Source: Euglena gracilis (taxonomy: Eukaryota). Taken from it: 64,000 bases of DNA. The notes below the pieces were generated by a model. That model ran no database searches and had not been told where the DNA came from. It saw only the letters and a list, made by a program, of their open reading frames with translations. The stretch lies in the NCBI GenBank assembly GCA_039621445.1, contig CP154954.1, positions 6,955,425 through 7,019,424 of the forward strand. The letters run 5' to 3'. Numbering within the stretch: the first letter of the stretch is position 1; every line of letters starts with the position of its first letter. The translations under genes were made by a program, and so were the position numbers. Below are positions 52,001 through 64,000 of the stretch, one piece after another.

Positions 52001-55000
52001 GACGAAATGTGCCAAGGATTTGGGGTAGAGTGAAAATATAGGTTTGCATTATTCAACCAATGAGAGGTCTGTAAAAAAAAACCCATAAATTTGGCAAGTG
52101 CTTGCGTTCTCACTGAATCTCGACGTCCCCCCCCCACCAAAAAGAAACCGGACCAAACAACCCCTGCAGCCCTGGGACAGTGTAATTTGTAAAAAAAAAT
52201 TCAAAGTCTCTTTCCATAAACTCCGGCATATTGGTTCCAGTTTGTTAATGTTGTATCGTTCCAGTCGAGGGACCGGCTCCTGCCCAGCTGCTCCAGTGTG
52301 CGGACCGCCTGAAGTGCGGCAAGCGGTTCTGTGCGGGTTGCCTGCACGGGTACTTCGGCGGAAAGGCCGGTATGGCCTCGCTGCTATAAGATTTCCTTAA
52401 GCCGGAGGGGACCCCACCCTCCAGGGGGGGGGTCCAGCCAGCACCTGTTTTCCAGCTGGCCTGCGGGACCCCTTCCTCCCCGGGCTGTCCTTAAGAAAAC
52501 CCCATGGTCCGGGCTGAGCATCAAACCGGGTTGTCGCAAAAGTGTACACAATCCCTCCTGGGGGCCTTCACTGGATCCCCTCTAGCCCAACCCCCCCCCC
52601 CCCTCACAAACCAAGGAAAGCCTTCTGGGCTGGTAACCCACCCTTGGCTTGGGGCATCACAATCACGGCCGCGAAGTGTGGGTCGAGTATTTGTGCTGCC
52701 ATCCATTCCAGATACCAAGTGATGAAATGTCGTTTAAATCACAGTTCTTTTTGACCTGCATCTCCCCCTGCTATTCAGAGCATGGGGGGGACACACACAT
52801 TTTGGGCACCGATGAATGTGTAGTTTGGGGGCATAGGTGATAGGTGGGTGGGCCGCCAGCAATTTTTGCAGGCTCCCCGCATTTTTCTCCAAGCCAACAG
52901 AATGCGTTATCCCATCAAACATGCAAAAGAGCAAAAAAAAATATCCCCCAAATAATATTCACTGGACAAACTCCATCCCCAAAGGTGGGATTATTTGGGG
53001 ACATTGTTGGGCTAAACTTTTTTTCTTTTTCGGCTGAACGTGCGATTATGCAACCAAGCATGGACTTTTCGATGCTCTGTATTCAACAGACCTCCGTTTT
53101 TTTGAGAAGCCCCGTGTCTTCTGGGTTCCACCGAGACCACGTTCAATTGCGGCATGGTGGACGCTGGGAATCATTTTCCCATATTGTCGGCCCCCCCCCC
53201 CCCGAAAGACGTCCAATTTTTTCGTCATTTTCCTTTTTTTTTTAAAGCGAAGTGTTTTGTTGAACGCTGTGGTGTCGACCCGGCCATCACTCCCAGCCCC
53301 GGCAGTTCCCCATCGTCCCCCCCCCCCAGTCGTTGGGTCCCACTGTCCCCCTTGTCTGTCCACACACATTCTTGGATCATTGGCGTGCCTTGGACTTGAT
53401 GGGGGTCGTCGGTTCCGCTGGAGCGCACAGGAAGGGCGTCAGTGTTGTGTGCCTCTGTTCTGAACATTGGGCGCGTGACAGTGTGTGGGACAGACTGGAG
53501 AGGGGAGATGTTTTTCACACGGACAGCCAATAAATGCTGCATTTTTGTGTTGAGTTTGTGCGTCACAGCAAGGCTTAAAGTCCTCCTCGCTTTGTTGCAT
53601 TGCTGTATTTCTTAAAATACATTTTAATTATTTTAATTATATTTCTGTTTGTGTCAGCGAATTTTTTCTTTTTAGTTGACATAATAAAGTCTAATCTTTT
53701 GTGGAATGGCGAGCATATTTTCCAAATTTGATTATTTTGAATGTATTTGGTGCTTTGCGACTGAAGATGCTGAGAGTATTTGTATACATTATGGGGCAAC
53801 GTGAAGGGAAGAGGGGGAGAGGGAGAGATTCGCCGACCCCTTCCTTGTGTACGGTTTATTATGCTCACGGCTTCTCCCGTCTCCTCAGCTGCGAGACGAG
53901 CAGAGGCTCTCGGTGATGAGTGAGCAGGGTTGGCGTCACCCCACCCAAGCACCAGAAAAGGTGTTATTGGGGAGCTGAGGTTCCGGCACACAGGGCACGG
54001 GTTTTTAAGTTTGTTCATTGGGCTGGTAAACTTTGCTTTGATTTTGCTTCATTGTCACAATATTTTGGGGAAATCGATTTTTTGAACAAAAAATGGTCCC
54101 AAAAGAAAACAAAAAATGCCTGCTTGCGTTAATGCATTTTCCCCCAAGATATGACAACAAGCCACTCATCATAGTGGAAAGCAAGCCCGACTTCTTGTTG
54201 TGTGTGGAGGAAACGGGATATCCAGAGAGCAAAATGAAGGCCTTGGAATGCCCTATCCAACCATGGTTTACTTTTCCACCAACTCTTTGTGTAGCCCGAG
54301 TCAGGGCCATTTTTCGACCAATTTTGGCTCATTTCTACAGTGATTTCGTGATGTGGCTTTGTTCTGGCAGGACATGAAAGCTGCTCATCATCCCTACACC
54401 CCCCCCCCCCAACCTGGAATGCTGCCCCTGCCACCGGTTCTGCCCCGTCTGCATCCCTGCAGAGTGCAAACCACCTCCACAGCAGCAGACACATGTTCTG
54501 TCAACGGAGTGAAGAGTTGACCCCCTCTGCTGCTGTTCAGCACCAATCCACCCTCACCTTGTGTCCGAAGTGGCAGGCTTCCAGGTTTTGCTCCCCCCAA
54601 GCGGGGCTGTTGGTTTGAGGTGGGGGTGACACTTTCGGTCCGTAGGTCGGCACACCAGCACTGGGGCATCGAGGGCCCATAACGGCACTTTGACGGGTGT
54701 TGGCCCGGGCCCAGGACCCATAACAGAATGCACCCGTCCATTCCTCCCCAGGGGAGAAAATGGAGGTGGGTGGTGTAAAAACATATCAAACCGTTTCCCC
54801 TCCCCGGGAATTGTCATCTGGGAACTCCATGTTGCCTCCCAAGAAACTGTCAAGGTATTGGAAGCTTGTCCAGGTACCCCCCCCCCCCAACGTCTAATGA
54901 ACCCCCTTGCCCAATGAACAGGGGTGTCCGGTCCGGAGCATCTAGAGTGCAACCCTTCCGGACGTCCCCCGTCCGGACCATCTAGGTCATTTTAGTGTTC

Positions 55001-58000
55001 AGCAGGCTTGGGGGGGGAGGTACCTTGCACTGATGGACCTGTCAGAGCTGGCGTCCATGTGATCCACCCGTAATTGCCCTGCCCAGAAATCAAGGCCCTG
55101 ACATCAAATCAAACCAGGGCCCTGCCTGGGAAACTGGCATCCCTGAGATCCTGGCAGGCTCCCGCCCAGAAGCCGGTTCCTGCCAGTTTGTGAGAAAGTA
55201 TCACCGTCTGCGGTGCTGGTCGACCTGTCAGTACCAGGGATTGGCAGTTTGTCGTTGTGGAAATGATGCATTTATCCAAGGGTAACTTATTTTGTTTTGT
55301 TTTGTTTTGTTTTGTTTTATATATATATATATATTTGTTTTTTTTTGTTTTTTTTTTACTTCATTTTATTTTATTTTATGTGTTATCATTATGATTTATA
55401 ATAAATAATATTATTAATAGTATTAGTAAGTTTGGCACCAGCGCTGGGCGGTGCCCCCGGGAGGTGCCCTACCAGGTGGGCGACCACGTGGAGGTGGCCG
55501 GCCCGGCTGGCCCCGTGGTGGGCAGGCACCTATAGCTAAAATGGCCTAAAATGGCCTAAAATGGCCTAAAATGGCCTAAAATGGCCTAAAATGACTTTTT
55601 GACCCCCTATAGGTGGGGGTCCCTAAAATGGCCTAAAATGGCCTAAAATGGCCTAAAATGGCCTAAAATGACCTAAAATGGGAAAAATTCTGTTGCACAA
55701 TATTTTTTTTGTGAACAACTGAAGCCATCCAGGCAATGACTTTCGGTGTCTTTTGTTAATGTGGACGGCGAACAGTGGATTTGGTGGAGGAGTACAGCCC
55801 CACAAGGCCCATGTTTTTATCCCAACTAATAATAGCATCAGTCCCCAAATCCACAGTCCCCAACCTTTGGTAGCTGAATTTTGAAGGTTTGGACAGAAGT
55901 ATTTTTTCTTACTCCCATCTTTTTTTTGGTGCAGAACGATGTCTGTTTCACAAATAATGAAACAGTGCAAGTTTTGAAGCATGGGGAAAATACAAAAAAA
56001 ACGTAAAAGATGTTGGAAAAATCTCAATTGAAATTGAAAATACAAGTACTGTTATAAATTTATAAATATAACAATAATTTTTCTAAGGAAACTCATTTTT
56101 TTTATCAGTGGACATTTTATTATCATAGGAGTTTTATATGTTTAATATGGGTATTTAATGTGGGTATTTTATTATTATCAATTTTGTTTATACATATTTT
56201 CTATATTTATATAAATTTTATTACTATCAATTTTTAATGTAATATTTTATAATACAAACAACACATGTTTTTATACAATTCAGTAATAAAATATATATAA
56301 AATATAGAAGTTGACATACAATGACATATAGAAATTGAGATTAATAAATATATATTAAGTAAAAATTGTATTGATATTATATGTAATTGTTAATAATAAC
56401 TATTATGATTATTTCAAATCATATTATTAATAAAATTGCGTATGATAAAATATGAATATGATAAAATTGAATGTGATAAAATAAAATATGATAGAATATA
56501 AAATATGCTATTGGTAAATAGCGCAAATAAACCTTTTAATATTTGTTCAACTTTTTTTTCTGAAAAATTTTCATTGCCGTAAATTCTTGCTGTTCAGAAT
56601 TCCTCTATGGGAATGAATTAAGATTTGTTGAGTTTCCCATGGTTTTGATCCAGTGTTCATGAATTTTGCATGCTTTTTCGGATGTACATTGTTATAACCG
56701 AATAAGAGAAGGTCTGCACATGTTATGATACAGTTTTCGGAACAAAAATATCGAAAAAATATGATTTTCAGAACCCCCACCTATACCTTAAAATGGCCTA
56801 AAATGGCCTAAAATGGCCTAAAATGGCCTTAAATGGCCTAAAATGGCCTAAAATGGCCTAAAATGGGGAAATTTTTGGGCTTGACTATAGGTGCCTGGTG
56901 GTGGGGGACGTTGTGGCGCTGCAGACCAAGCAGGGGCCCAAGAAGGCGGTGTACACGGTGCCTCCCTGCCCCCTCTCCCTGGGTGTCAGTTTGTGGACAC
57001 CTGCTGTCCAGGCTGTTAGGCTCCCTGCCCCACCATACCCGCAAACCTGTCAGTTCCGTCATGACTCATTCTCGGCTTCATTATTCCCCCCTGCCTTGAT
57101 AAACCCTTCGTAGTTGACACTTGTCTCAGATCCAGGTGGGATTATTATATTTGTTCAAACAAAAAAATACCGCCCAAATGCACATTTTTTACATAATTTT
57201 GGGATCTTGTTCATTTTGAAGCTTATTTTTTCTGTCAATTTTTTGTACCAGTCAGTTTTGCCAAAATAACCTGTTTTTTTGTGGGGGAGACAAACCGTTT
57301 ATTTTCCACCTTCCTTGCTCTCCGTCTCAATGGTGGGGGGCATGCTATATCATTCATTCTGCCTCCACAGCCAGCGCTTACAGGCGCACAAGTGCACAGG
57401 TGCCCAAAGATGGGGACAATGGCTATCCACCCCAGTTTGGACCTCTTGCCTGGGTAGGATTGGGACCTCTTGCCTCGTGCCTGGGTAGGATTTTGGATTG
57501 ACTTCTAGGAAGGCAAAATGGGGGGGATGCCTTCCACAAGACTGGTCGCAGGTTTGCATGCCGCGCTGTGGCACACTGCTGGAGGCACTGCTGTGTTGGG
57601 CAGGGCCTTGCTAGTGCACACACAGCATGGGATTCTGGGGTGGGGTTGAATGCCCCCCCCCCACAAATATCGAGGGGTTGAAGACGTTTGACACTGAGTG
57701 TGTGTTTGTTCCCACACTTCCAATGCAAACACGCAATGCAAGCGCAGCTGGGATTTAAGGGTTTTTTTTTAAAGTGCGGATGCTCAGTGTCACCCCCTGG
57801 GCATGCTATTTGGGGGGGGGCTGTGGCTGCTTGGTAGGTGACGAGTTGTCGAGGCAGGAGCACAGACATGGTATTCTGAAGCTTTGGAAGTTGTTGTTGT
57901 GAAGAAGGTGGACTCATGCTGTTCACTGTGCTGTTTCTCCCGTTTTGGCTCATACCCCCCCCCTCTCTCTCTCTCGCCTGGCCACAGGTGTGGTACCCGC

Positions 58001-59509
58001 AGTGGGGCCTCACCGGCTACCACGAGGCCCGCCAGATCGTGGGCATTTCCCGCCCACGGCACTGCCTGCTGAATGGCAACCGACGGGGGCGGGGAGTGAC
58101 GGAGTGGTTCCTTTTTAAGGTTGATTGCAAGGGGTACCCCAGGGGTGGAAAACCAGTCTGGAGGCAGGTTTTCCTCCTTTTGGGTCATAAATGCCCCCCC
58201 CCCTTCGGTCTTTCTGCGTGGGGGGGGTTGGGTGACAACCCCCACAGGCTAAGCCCTGAAAACCTCTGATAAGACAACCAGAAACACTGCAGGTCACCTC
58301 CAGACACTCACTTGCATCGTTGGTTACTTATTATCTTACTATCCCTTTCCATAACACGCCTGGAAACAAGCATGTTGCGAGCACCCTGCCAATTCCAAAA
58401 CGCTCTTGGGAGGCGATTTTTAAATTAAAGGTTTTGAAGTTGAAGGCTTAAAAAGGTTAAGGCTTTTAAAAGTAAGGCGTTTTAAAGGTTCTTTTTTAAA
58501 AAAATGTATTTTTTGAGGTCTTTTAAAAAATGTCCAAAGACGATCCGCCCATCGCGCGAGGTTGAAATAAAAAGGCTGGAAAAACATCCCAAAACTATGT
58601 TTTTTGGCCTCCCAAACCCGCAAAAACTGTTTCCAAGCTGAAAATGTGCGTTTTTCGACCCCCCCCCCCCGGCCCCGCTTTTTTGGCCCCAAACCCATGC
58701 ACTTTGGGTCATTTCGGGGTCAAAAAAAAGTCGAAAAAATCGATAGTTTTTTTTCTAGTTTGTGTACCAGTATGTTCCAAGGATTCCAGACATGAGTTTT
58801 TTGTTTTCGGTTGTTTCTTTTTGCCGAGATTTTCATTTTTGTTCAGTCAAAGAACATTTCAGCCAGGATGCGATATTGCGGGGTATTTTGAGACATTTTG
58901 CTCAAAAATTGAGGTTTTATTTTTTAAAGGGTTTTAAAGTCCTGCTTGGGAGGAACGAGGTTGGGGGCTCCCCAAACCGAAGGAAGGGAATTGCCGTGCC
59001 ACCAGGACCCTGCGTACCCCCAGGTCCCGGGCTACGCCCCGCGCGGCGCTTTGCTGGCGCCCCAGCCACCTGTGCACACAAAAGGCTGCCTTCGAGGGTG
59101 CATATGCCGTCCGCATCCCACGGACAGTATGGACCAGCATTAGCTTTGTGTTGGCCTGGGTTGTGCTTCATGGGTAGATGGGGTTGGCCGCTTCCTGGGT
59201 AGTGCCCAAACGTCTGGGTTGTGCTTCATCACAGGTTTGCCCCGAGACCCCCCCCCCCCGGCATTGGTCAATTTTAGCCTGGTCTATAGAATCCCAAGAA
59301 TCCCAGAGAATGCATTTTTGCATTTTTTTTTCGCTGGACGTCTGCAGGAGGCTTGTTTTTTTTTTGGTGGGAAGCTGTTCTCTTCAGCAGGTGGGGGGGA
59401 ACAGTGCGCCGCCAGCAGAGCGGCCGCTGCTGGCCAACCAGCATGCCCCCCCGCGTCGCATCGCTGTCCTGCCCCGGCCCAGACCCGACGTGAGCCACGC
59501 CAGCAGCAG
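46069..59509 (+). CDS. Multi-exon chromatin-reader protein: PHD finger + ADD (ATRX/DNMT3-type) zinc finger + Tudor/SH3-like domain; 3' end probably continues further
   Basis: Proposed exons: 46069-~46095, ~46434-46515, 48478-48539, 50368-~50424, ~51352-51411, 51622-51688, 52265-52369, 53889-53921, 54436-54463, 55442-55519, 56903-56957, 57988-58051, 59004-~59071, ~59391-59509. Peptide: CAVC..CSAPGC..H..C..WHCTRC (PHD); CVHGC..FHPLL..LCSEC..CVFCVEG..LLQC..CGKRFCAGCL..WFCPVC (ADD pattern); YQVGDHVEV..GDVVAL..VYTVWYPQWG (Tudor-like). Splice phases are mutually consistent. Confidence 0.78.
48591..49920. mobile_element. hAT-like non-autonomous element (1330 bp), 8-bp TSD GAGAGCGG
   Basis: TIR CAGGCATTATT / AATAATGCCTG, subterminal TTTTTAAGG repeats; TSD at 48583-48590 and 49921-49928. 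Confidence 0.9.
50875..51293. repeat. (TATG)n microsatellite
   Basis: Direct reading. Confidence 0.97.
55523..56897. mobile_element. hAT-like element inserted in coding sequence, forming intron 55520-56902 (introner)
   Basis: Perfect 13-bp TIR CAGGCACCTATAG / CTATAGGTGCCTG; TSD GTGGTGGG at 55515-55522 and 56898-56905. It splits the peptide ..AGPVV|GDVVALQ.. of a Tudor-like domain. Confidence 0.92.
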
Positions 59510-62500
59510 GTGTGAGTCCTGCCCCCTCCTTCCATAGTTTGGGGTTCGCTGGTAGGTGGGTTAGCTTTGGGGCAATGCTTGGGTCTGCGGGGCCGCGTTT
59601 TTATTGGAGGCAGCCGACCACATTTTGCCCCAGCTCTCATTCTGAGCCATCCTCAAAACTGACAGACATGCAATCGCAATTGTTTAAATTTTGTTGGACC
59701 CAAGGGCGGTGGGGGACAAACAGACAATATCGTTCTTGACGTGGCATGACAACGTTGGGAATCCCTTCTGTGCAACAGGAAATGAATTTTAGCACGCCTG
59801 GGGAATTTACAACAGCGGACCCTCATCCTTTGTCGGGTGGCCACCATAATAAAAGCCTACGCTCGCCATTAAGAGAAGTGGGGGGGAGTGGGAGCGTCGC
59901 TCAGCAGCGCAATAAAAGGTCAAATATTCCTTCCCCTGGTTTCTGCCGAAAATTTTGGGCGTTTTTGTCAAGTTTTTATCTGAAAAGAGCTCAAATAGTG
60001 TTTTTGTCCAATTACGAGTGATAAAAATGGACTAGGGGGAGCATCCATCCATCCTGCCACCAGCGTTTACATCAAACCCTGCCCTGACGCCCCCCCCCCC
60101 CCCGAGCAGTAGTGTCTGAATTCTTCCCAGTGCGTGGTCAGCCCCCATCATCAGAAAGAAGGTTATTATCCCCAGGCCCAGTATATCGCCCATCCACCCA
60201 AAATCTGTTGTTTTTTTCATTTTTAGTTTTCGACCCTGTTCGAGCCCACTCCAGCCTTTGGCCGGCACCTTGGCCCAAAGAAGGGGGGGGGGGCTTTTCT
60301 TGTCCCTCAAGGACCGACCTGCCCAGGGCAAGTCGCTTAACAACCACCTGGCCCCCGGAAGTGGTTCTTTCGATGTTTTGAATATCTCTCTGCGATTACC
60401 TTGCCGCAGGGTTCGCATTTGGAGGATGTCAGGGTTGGGATGGGAATGGTGCCCCACTGTCCGGTCGCCTTGGGCTGTGCAACCCTAAGTATAACAGAGG
60501 GCGTTTCGGGTGGGCGTTCACCCCCTAAACCCTCCACCCGGCCCTCCGGCAAGCCCTGTGCCGCCCATCTCTTGCAGCTCTCGCGAAAGTTCCCTGCCGA
60601 TGTCTCAGGAGGTGTCGCTCTCACGTTCCCCTCTGCTGCATCTCGATTCTTTCCCTGCGAATTTTTGCATTGGGCGCCTTCAGCATCCGCTTATGCCTCC
60701 TTTGCACCTGTGTAAGACTGTAAGAAGGGGCGTGGGGGGGGGGCTTCTTCAAACAGGGGGAGGGGGCCAATTATATCCAGCCGGCAATTCATGGTGGTTT
60801 TCAGGGCACAAATGATAGGCCAGGGATTGTGGCTGCCCGTCAAAGGGGAATCAAGCAAGGCTGAAAACCTTTAATTTCTGTCCTGAAAACAGCACATTTT
60901 GTTTTTGGCCCAAAAGATTGCAAAAATGTGTTGAAACCTTTTTTAGTTTTTCGCATTTCTTGTGCATTTTTTGTGATTTCTCCATATCTGCTCGTTTTTG
61001 TAGTTTTTTTTTGCATTTTGAAAATGCCATCCTCCTCATGTGAATTTGAGCCATTTTTTGCATGTTTCGGTATTTTGCAATTCGGTGGATTTTTTTGCAG
61101 TTTTTTCTCTCAGATTTTGCTCATTTTTGCGTATTTTCCTGAAATTTTTTTTTTTTGCAAAATTTCCCCCACATATTTCTTTTGCACAATTTTCCGAGCC
61201 CCGGTTAGTGGATTTCCCCTCCCTGTTTTCATTATTAAGCGTGGTTAGCCAAAAATCAACCCCAGAAGTGATTTCAACCACAACGCTGTTTTCACAGGTG
61301 CCAAAATGCTGTTTGTTTTCACATCCTTGTTTGTGCCAAGCATGGGGGGGGGGCGTAAAATGTGGAAGTTGCAGAATTTTGCATTTTTTTCCATGCCGGG
61401 GGAGGGGGGAAAATTTGGATGGGAAAAATTGTTGTGGGAAAAATTATTAAAATTGTTGTGGACGAAATTTTGTCCGGGATTTTTCCGGTCATTTTAAGGA
61501 TCCGTCCAGTCCAGAATTTTATTTCAAGAAAATTCCAATTTCCGCCAGTGAAAATTTTCTTCGGCATTTTGCACCATGTTCCAGATCACTTGTTTAGAAT
61601 GTAGCAATGCTTCAAAATAAAAGAATGTGTTTTTTTCTTGTTCTGTAATTTAAAGGTTAGTATTTCATTAATTTTTTGAAGTTTGTGTTTTTGGAAACCT
61701 CGGGATTTCCTGTAAATTTTCTGTCCAGAGTTTTTCCCAGCCGCTATTAAGCGGGCGTCCAGAATTTTTCCCAGCATTTCAAGGATTCGTCCAATATTTT
61801 TCCTGACAGAATTTTCCCCATCTGCAATTGTCCCCGTCCCCTTAGATCACCCCTCCCTGGAAAGCCAGAAGCTTGAAAATTTGTATATTTTTTGGCAATT
61901 TCTTCTTTGGCATGAGTTTCAATATGACATCTTTTGCCAACCATCGGAGGTTTTCCCATTTTTCAAACCGGTTGCCAGTGCCTCTTTGCTCTCATCAGGA
62001 CGAAGCCAAACCTCCCGTCCCGTCCAAAAGAAGCCACCGAGCTTCATCCAGGGCTGCATCTGGAGCCCAAAATCACTGACAATAAGGTCCGGTGCGTTGT
62101 CCACCCAACCCCCCTCCACTCCCTCTCACTTCTGGGGCACCAGCTTCCTAACTCCATTGATTTTCAAGCTACTATTCCCAGCCGTCTCCGATGGCGCTCC
62201 ACTTTCGATGGGGAGGTGTTGCCGCCAGGCCGATTTGTTGGTTTTTTTGTTGTTTTGGGCAAGCCATTTTAAGGTGTTTTGAACTCTTTCAGAATCTCTG
62301 GCGTGTTTATATTTTTCCATTTGGATTTTGCATTATTTTTTTGCTGTTTATTTTTTTAAAAAAAAATTGCATGTACTTGCATAATTTTTGGAGCAAAATG
62401 TGAATGAGTGTTCGACATGTCCAAACGAATGTTGCATGATGAAATTTTTTCCTGAGGAGATTCCTGCAGAAATGTTTACTGCCCAGCTTGGTCTGTTTAA

Positions 62501-64000
62501 ATGTTTTTTTTTCCTTTCACCCAAGCGCATTCCAGGCCAGGCGGCGCGGTCCGTGGCCTCGGAAACACAGCCCTGGCCGCGGAACCGTCGTCTTCCAATC
62601 CTTCCCGCGCCGCAAAGAAGCAAAAGAAGGCAAAGGTACGCGCCGTGTTTGATGTGCCGAGTTGGAATCGGGTGGGGAAACCCAAGGGTGTCCCCCGCTT
62701 CTCAACCATGTCAAGCTGCGTGAGAAGACAGGCGGCCCATGTGGCATTTAAGAATTCCGCACACCTGCGCACGAACCTGTGACGTGTCCGTCTGCTTCAT
62801 TTTGCCCTGTTTGAAACTCCTTCTGTCGGTGACCCTCCGGCCTGTTGCCCAAACATGGCTGAAGTGTCTCGGGGGTTGAACCTGGAGAATTGCCAGAGGG
62901 GGAGCTGCAGGCCCCCCAAAAACCTGCTGACTGTGGCACCACAAAGCATTGCAACCCACATATCTGTTGGTCCTTTCACCCTCGCCCGTCACTCGGCAAG
63001 CAAAATTGAGGGCTTGTCCATCAGTTTCTAAACCCAACGCCCTCCAGTGCCTTTGCGCCTGCCTCAGGTCCCAGCGTTTTGCATTGACTTTCAACATCGG
63101 GGCTTGGACCCCATCCAACACGTTTTGAGATGTGTGATCTTTTCCTCAGAGACCCAATCGTGCGCATATGCGCGCGATCCGGCCATCAAAGACCCCTCGG
63201 TGATGTGCTTGGAGACAACGGCTGCCTTCCAGCGGCGTGTTTGTTGGGAGGGGTTTCAAACAGGGGCCGAGAAGCCGAAGAGGTGGAAGTACCCGATGCG
63301 TCCACAGGCGCATGACACCTGCGTGAAGCATCGCCTCTCTGCCTGGGTTTTCAACACGGGCCATGGCGTCTCTCTTCCAATCGCGGCAAGTGCGCATGCA
63401 GTGTGTACCTCTGCGGGCGCGAGCTCGCGCGGTTCGGTGCTGAGTGTATTCCCTCTGGCTCGAGGTCTCCCGCACGGGTAGCCGAGGGCTTCCATTCCGG
63501 TCAATCTGCTGTGTTAAGTGCTGTCTTTTAGCGACCAGCTCGTGGCCAGGCACCGATGACCGACCAGGGCCGACCATGATTTTCAGGACCCCCCCCCCCC
63601 ATAGAACCCCCTTTGTGGGGGTTCTGACCAGGGACAACCGGGGCTGACCTGGGACAACCAGGGCCGACCAGGGCCGCCTTTTCATTTTTTGTTTTGTCAG
63701 CTGATTGTGCCCATGGGAAATGCTGGATAAGATCTTCCCTGGCCTGCAGTTTTTTGGCCGTTTGGTGACGCTTCAAATGGCGGGGTCGGCTCACACGCAG
63801 GTGCCCTCAATCGTGCCATGCGATGTGCACATGTTGTTCCAGCACCGCAAGGTCACTGTCTGCGGAGATTCAGAGGGGTTTCTTACTCACAAGTTTTGAG
63901 TGCCATATTTGCCATCTAACACTTTTTTCCTTTATTGCCCTGAGAATGAATGCCAGGCCAGAGGCAGGTATTACTCTTTTAGGTAGACCACCCCCTCCGA

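Noticed and set aside
59600-64000. Further exons of the PHD-ADD gene (e.g. ~60311, ~62000, ~62535-62635, ~63069-63370)
   Set aside because: Plausible splice sites, but there is no recognisable domain to fix frames, so they are not called.

Overview
Eukaryotic nuclear DNA, most likely from a euglenid (Euglenozoa). The call rests on TTAGGG telomeric repeats and on genes that mix GT/GC-AG introns with non-GT-AG introns whose ends base-pair (CAG at +4..+6, CTG at -8..-6). The left 26.7 kb is a subtelomere-like transposon graveyard. It holds two divergent, full-length but mutated DIRS tyrosine-recombinase retrotransposons (ITRs, ICR, RT/RNase H/N6A-methyltransferase/YR), a minisatellite and a chromovirus integrase remnant. 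TTAGGG arrays interleaved with a ~383-bp tandem repeat follow, then a 1.5-kb TTCGGG array. The right part holds the 3' ~20 exons of GCN1 (27797-42930), a possible minus-strand gene, and a multi-exon gene encoding PHD + ADD + Tudor-like domains (from 46069). Main finding: one non-conventional intron of the PHD-ADD gene (55520-56902) is exactly a CAG...CTG MITE with a perfect 8-bp target-site duplication (TSD). Cutting 3 nt outside its left end and 5 nt outside its right end removes exactly one TSD copy and restores the frame. Older non-conventional introns show decayed TSDs, and several unrelated CAG/CAA-ended MITEs with 8-bp TSDs sit in introns. This points to hAT-like introners as the source of these introns. 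All gene models were assembled by eye and need RNA-seq confirmation.
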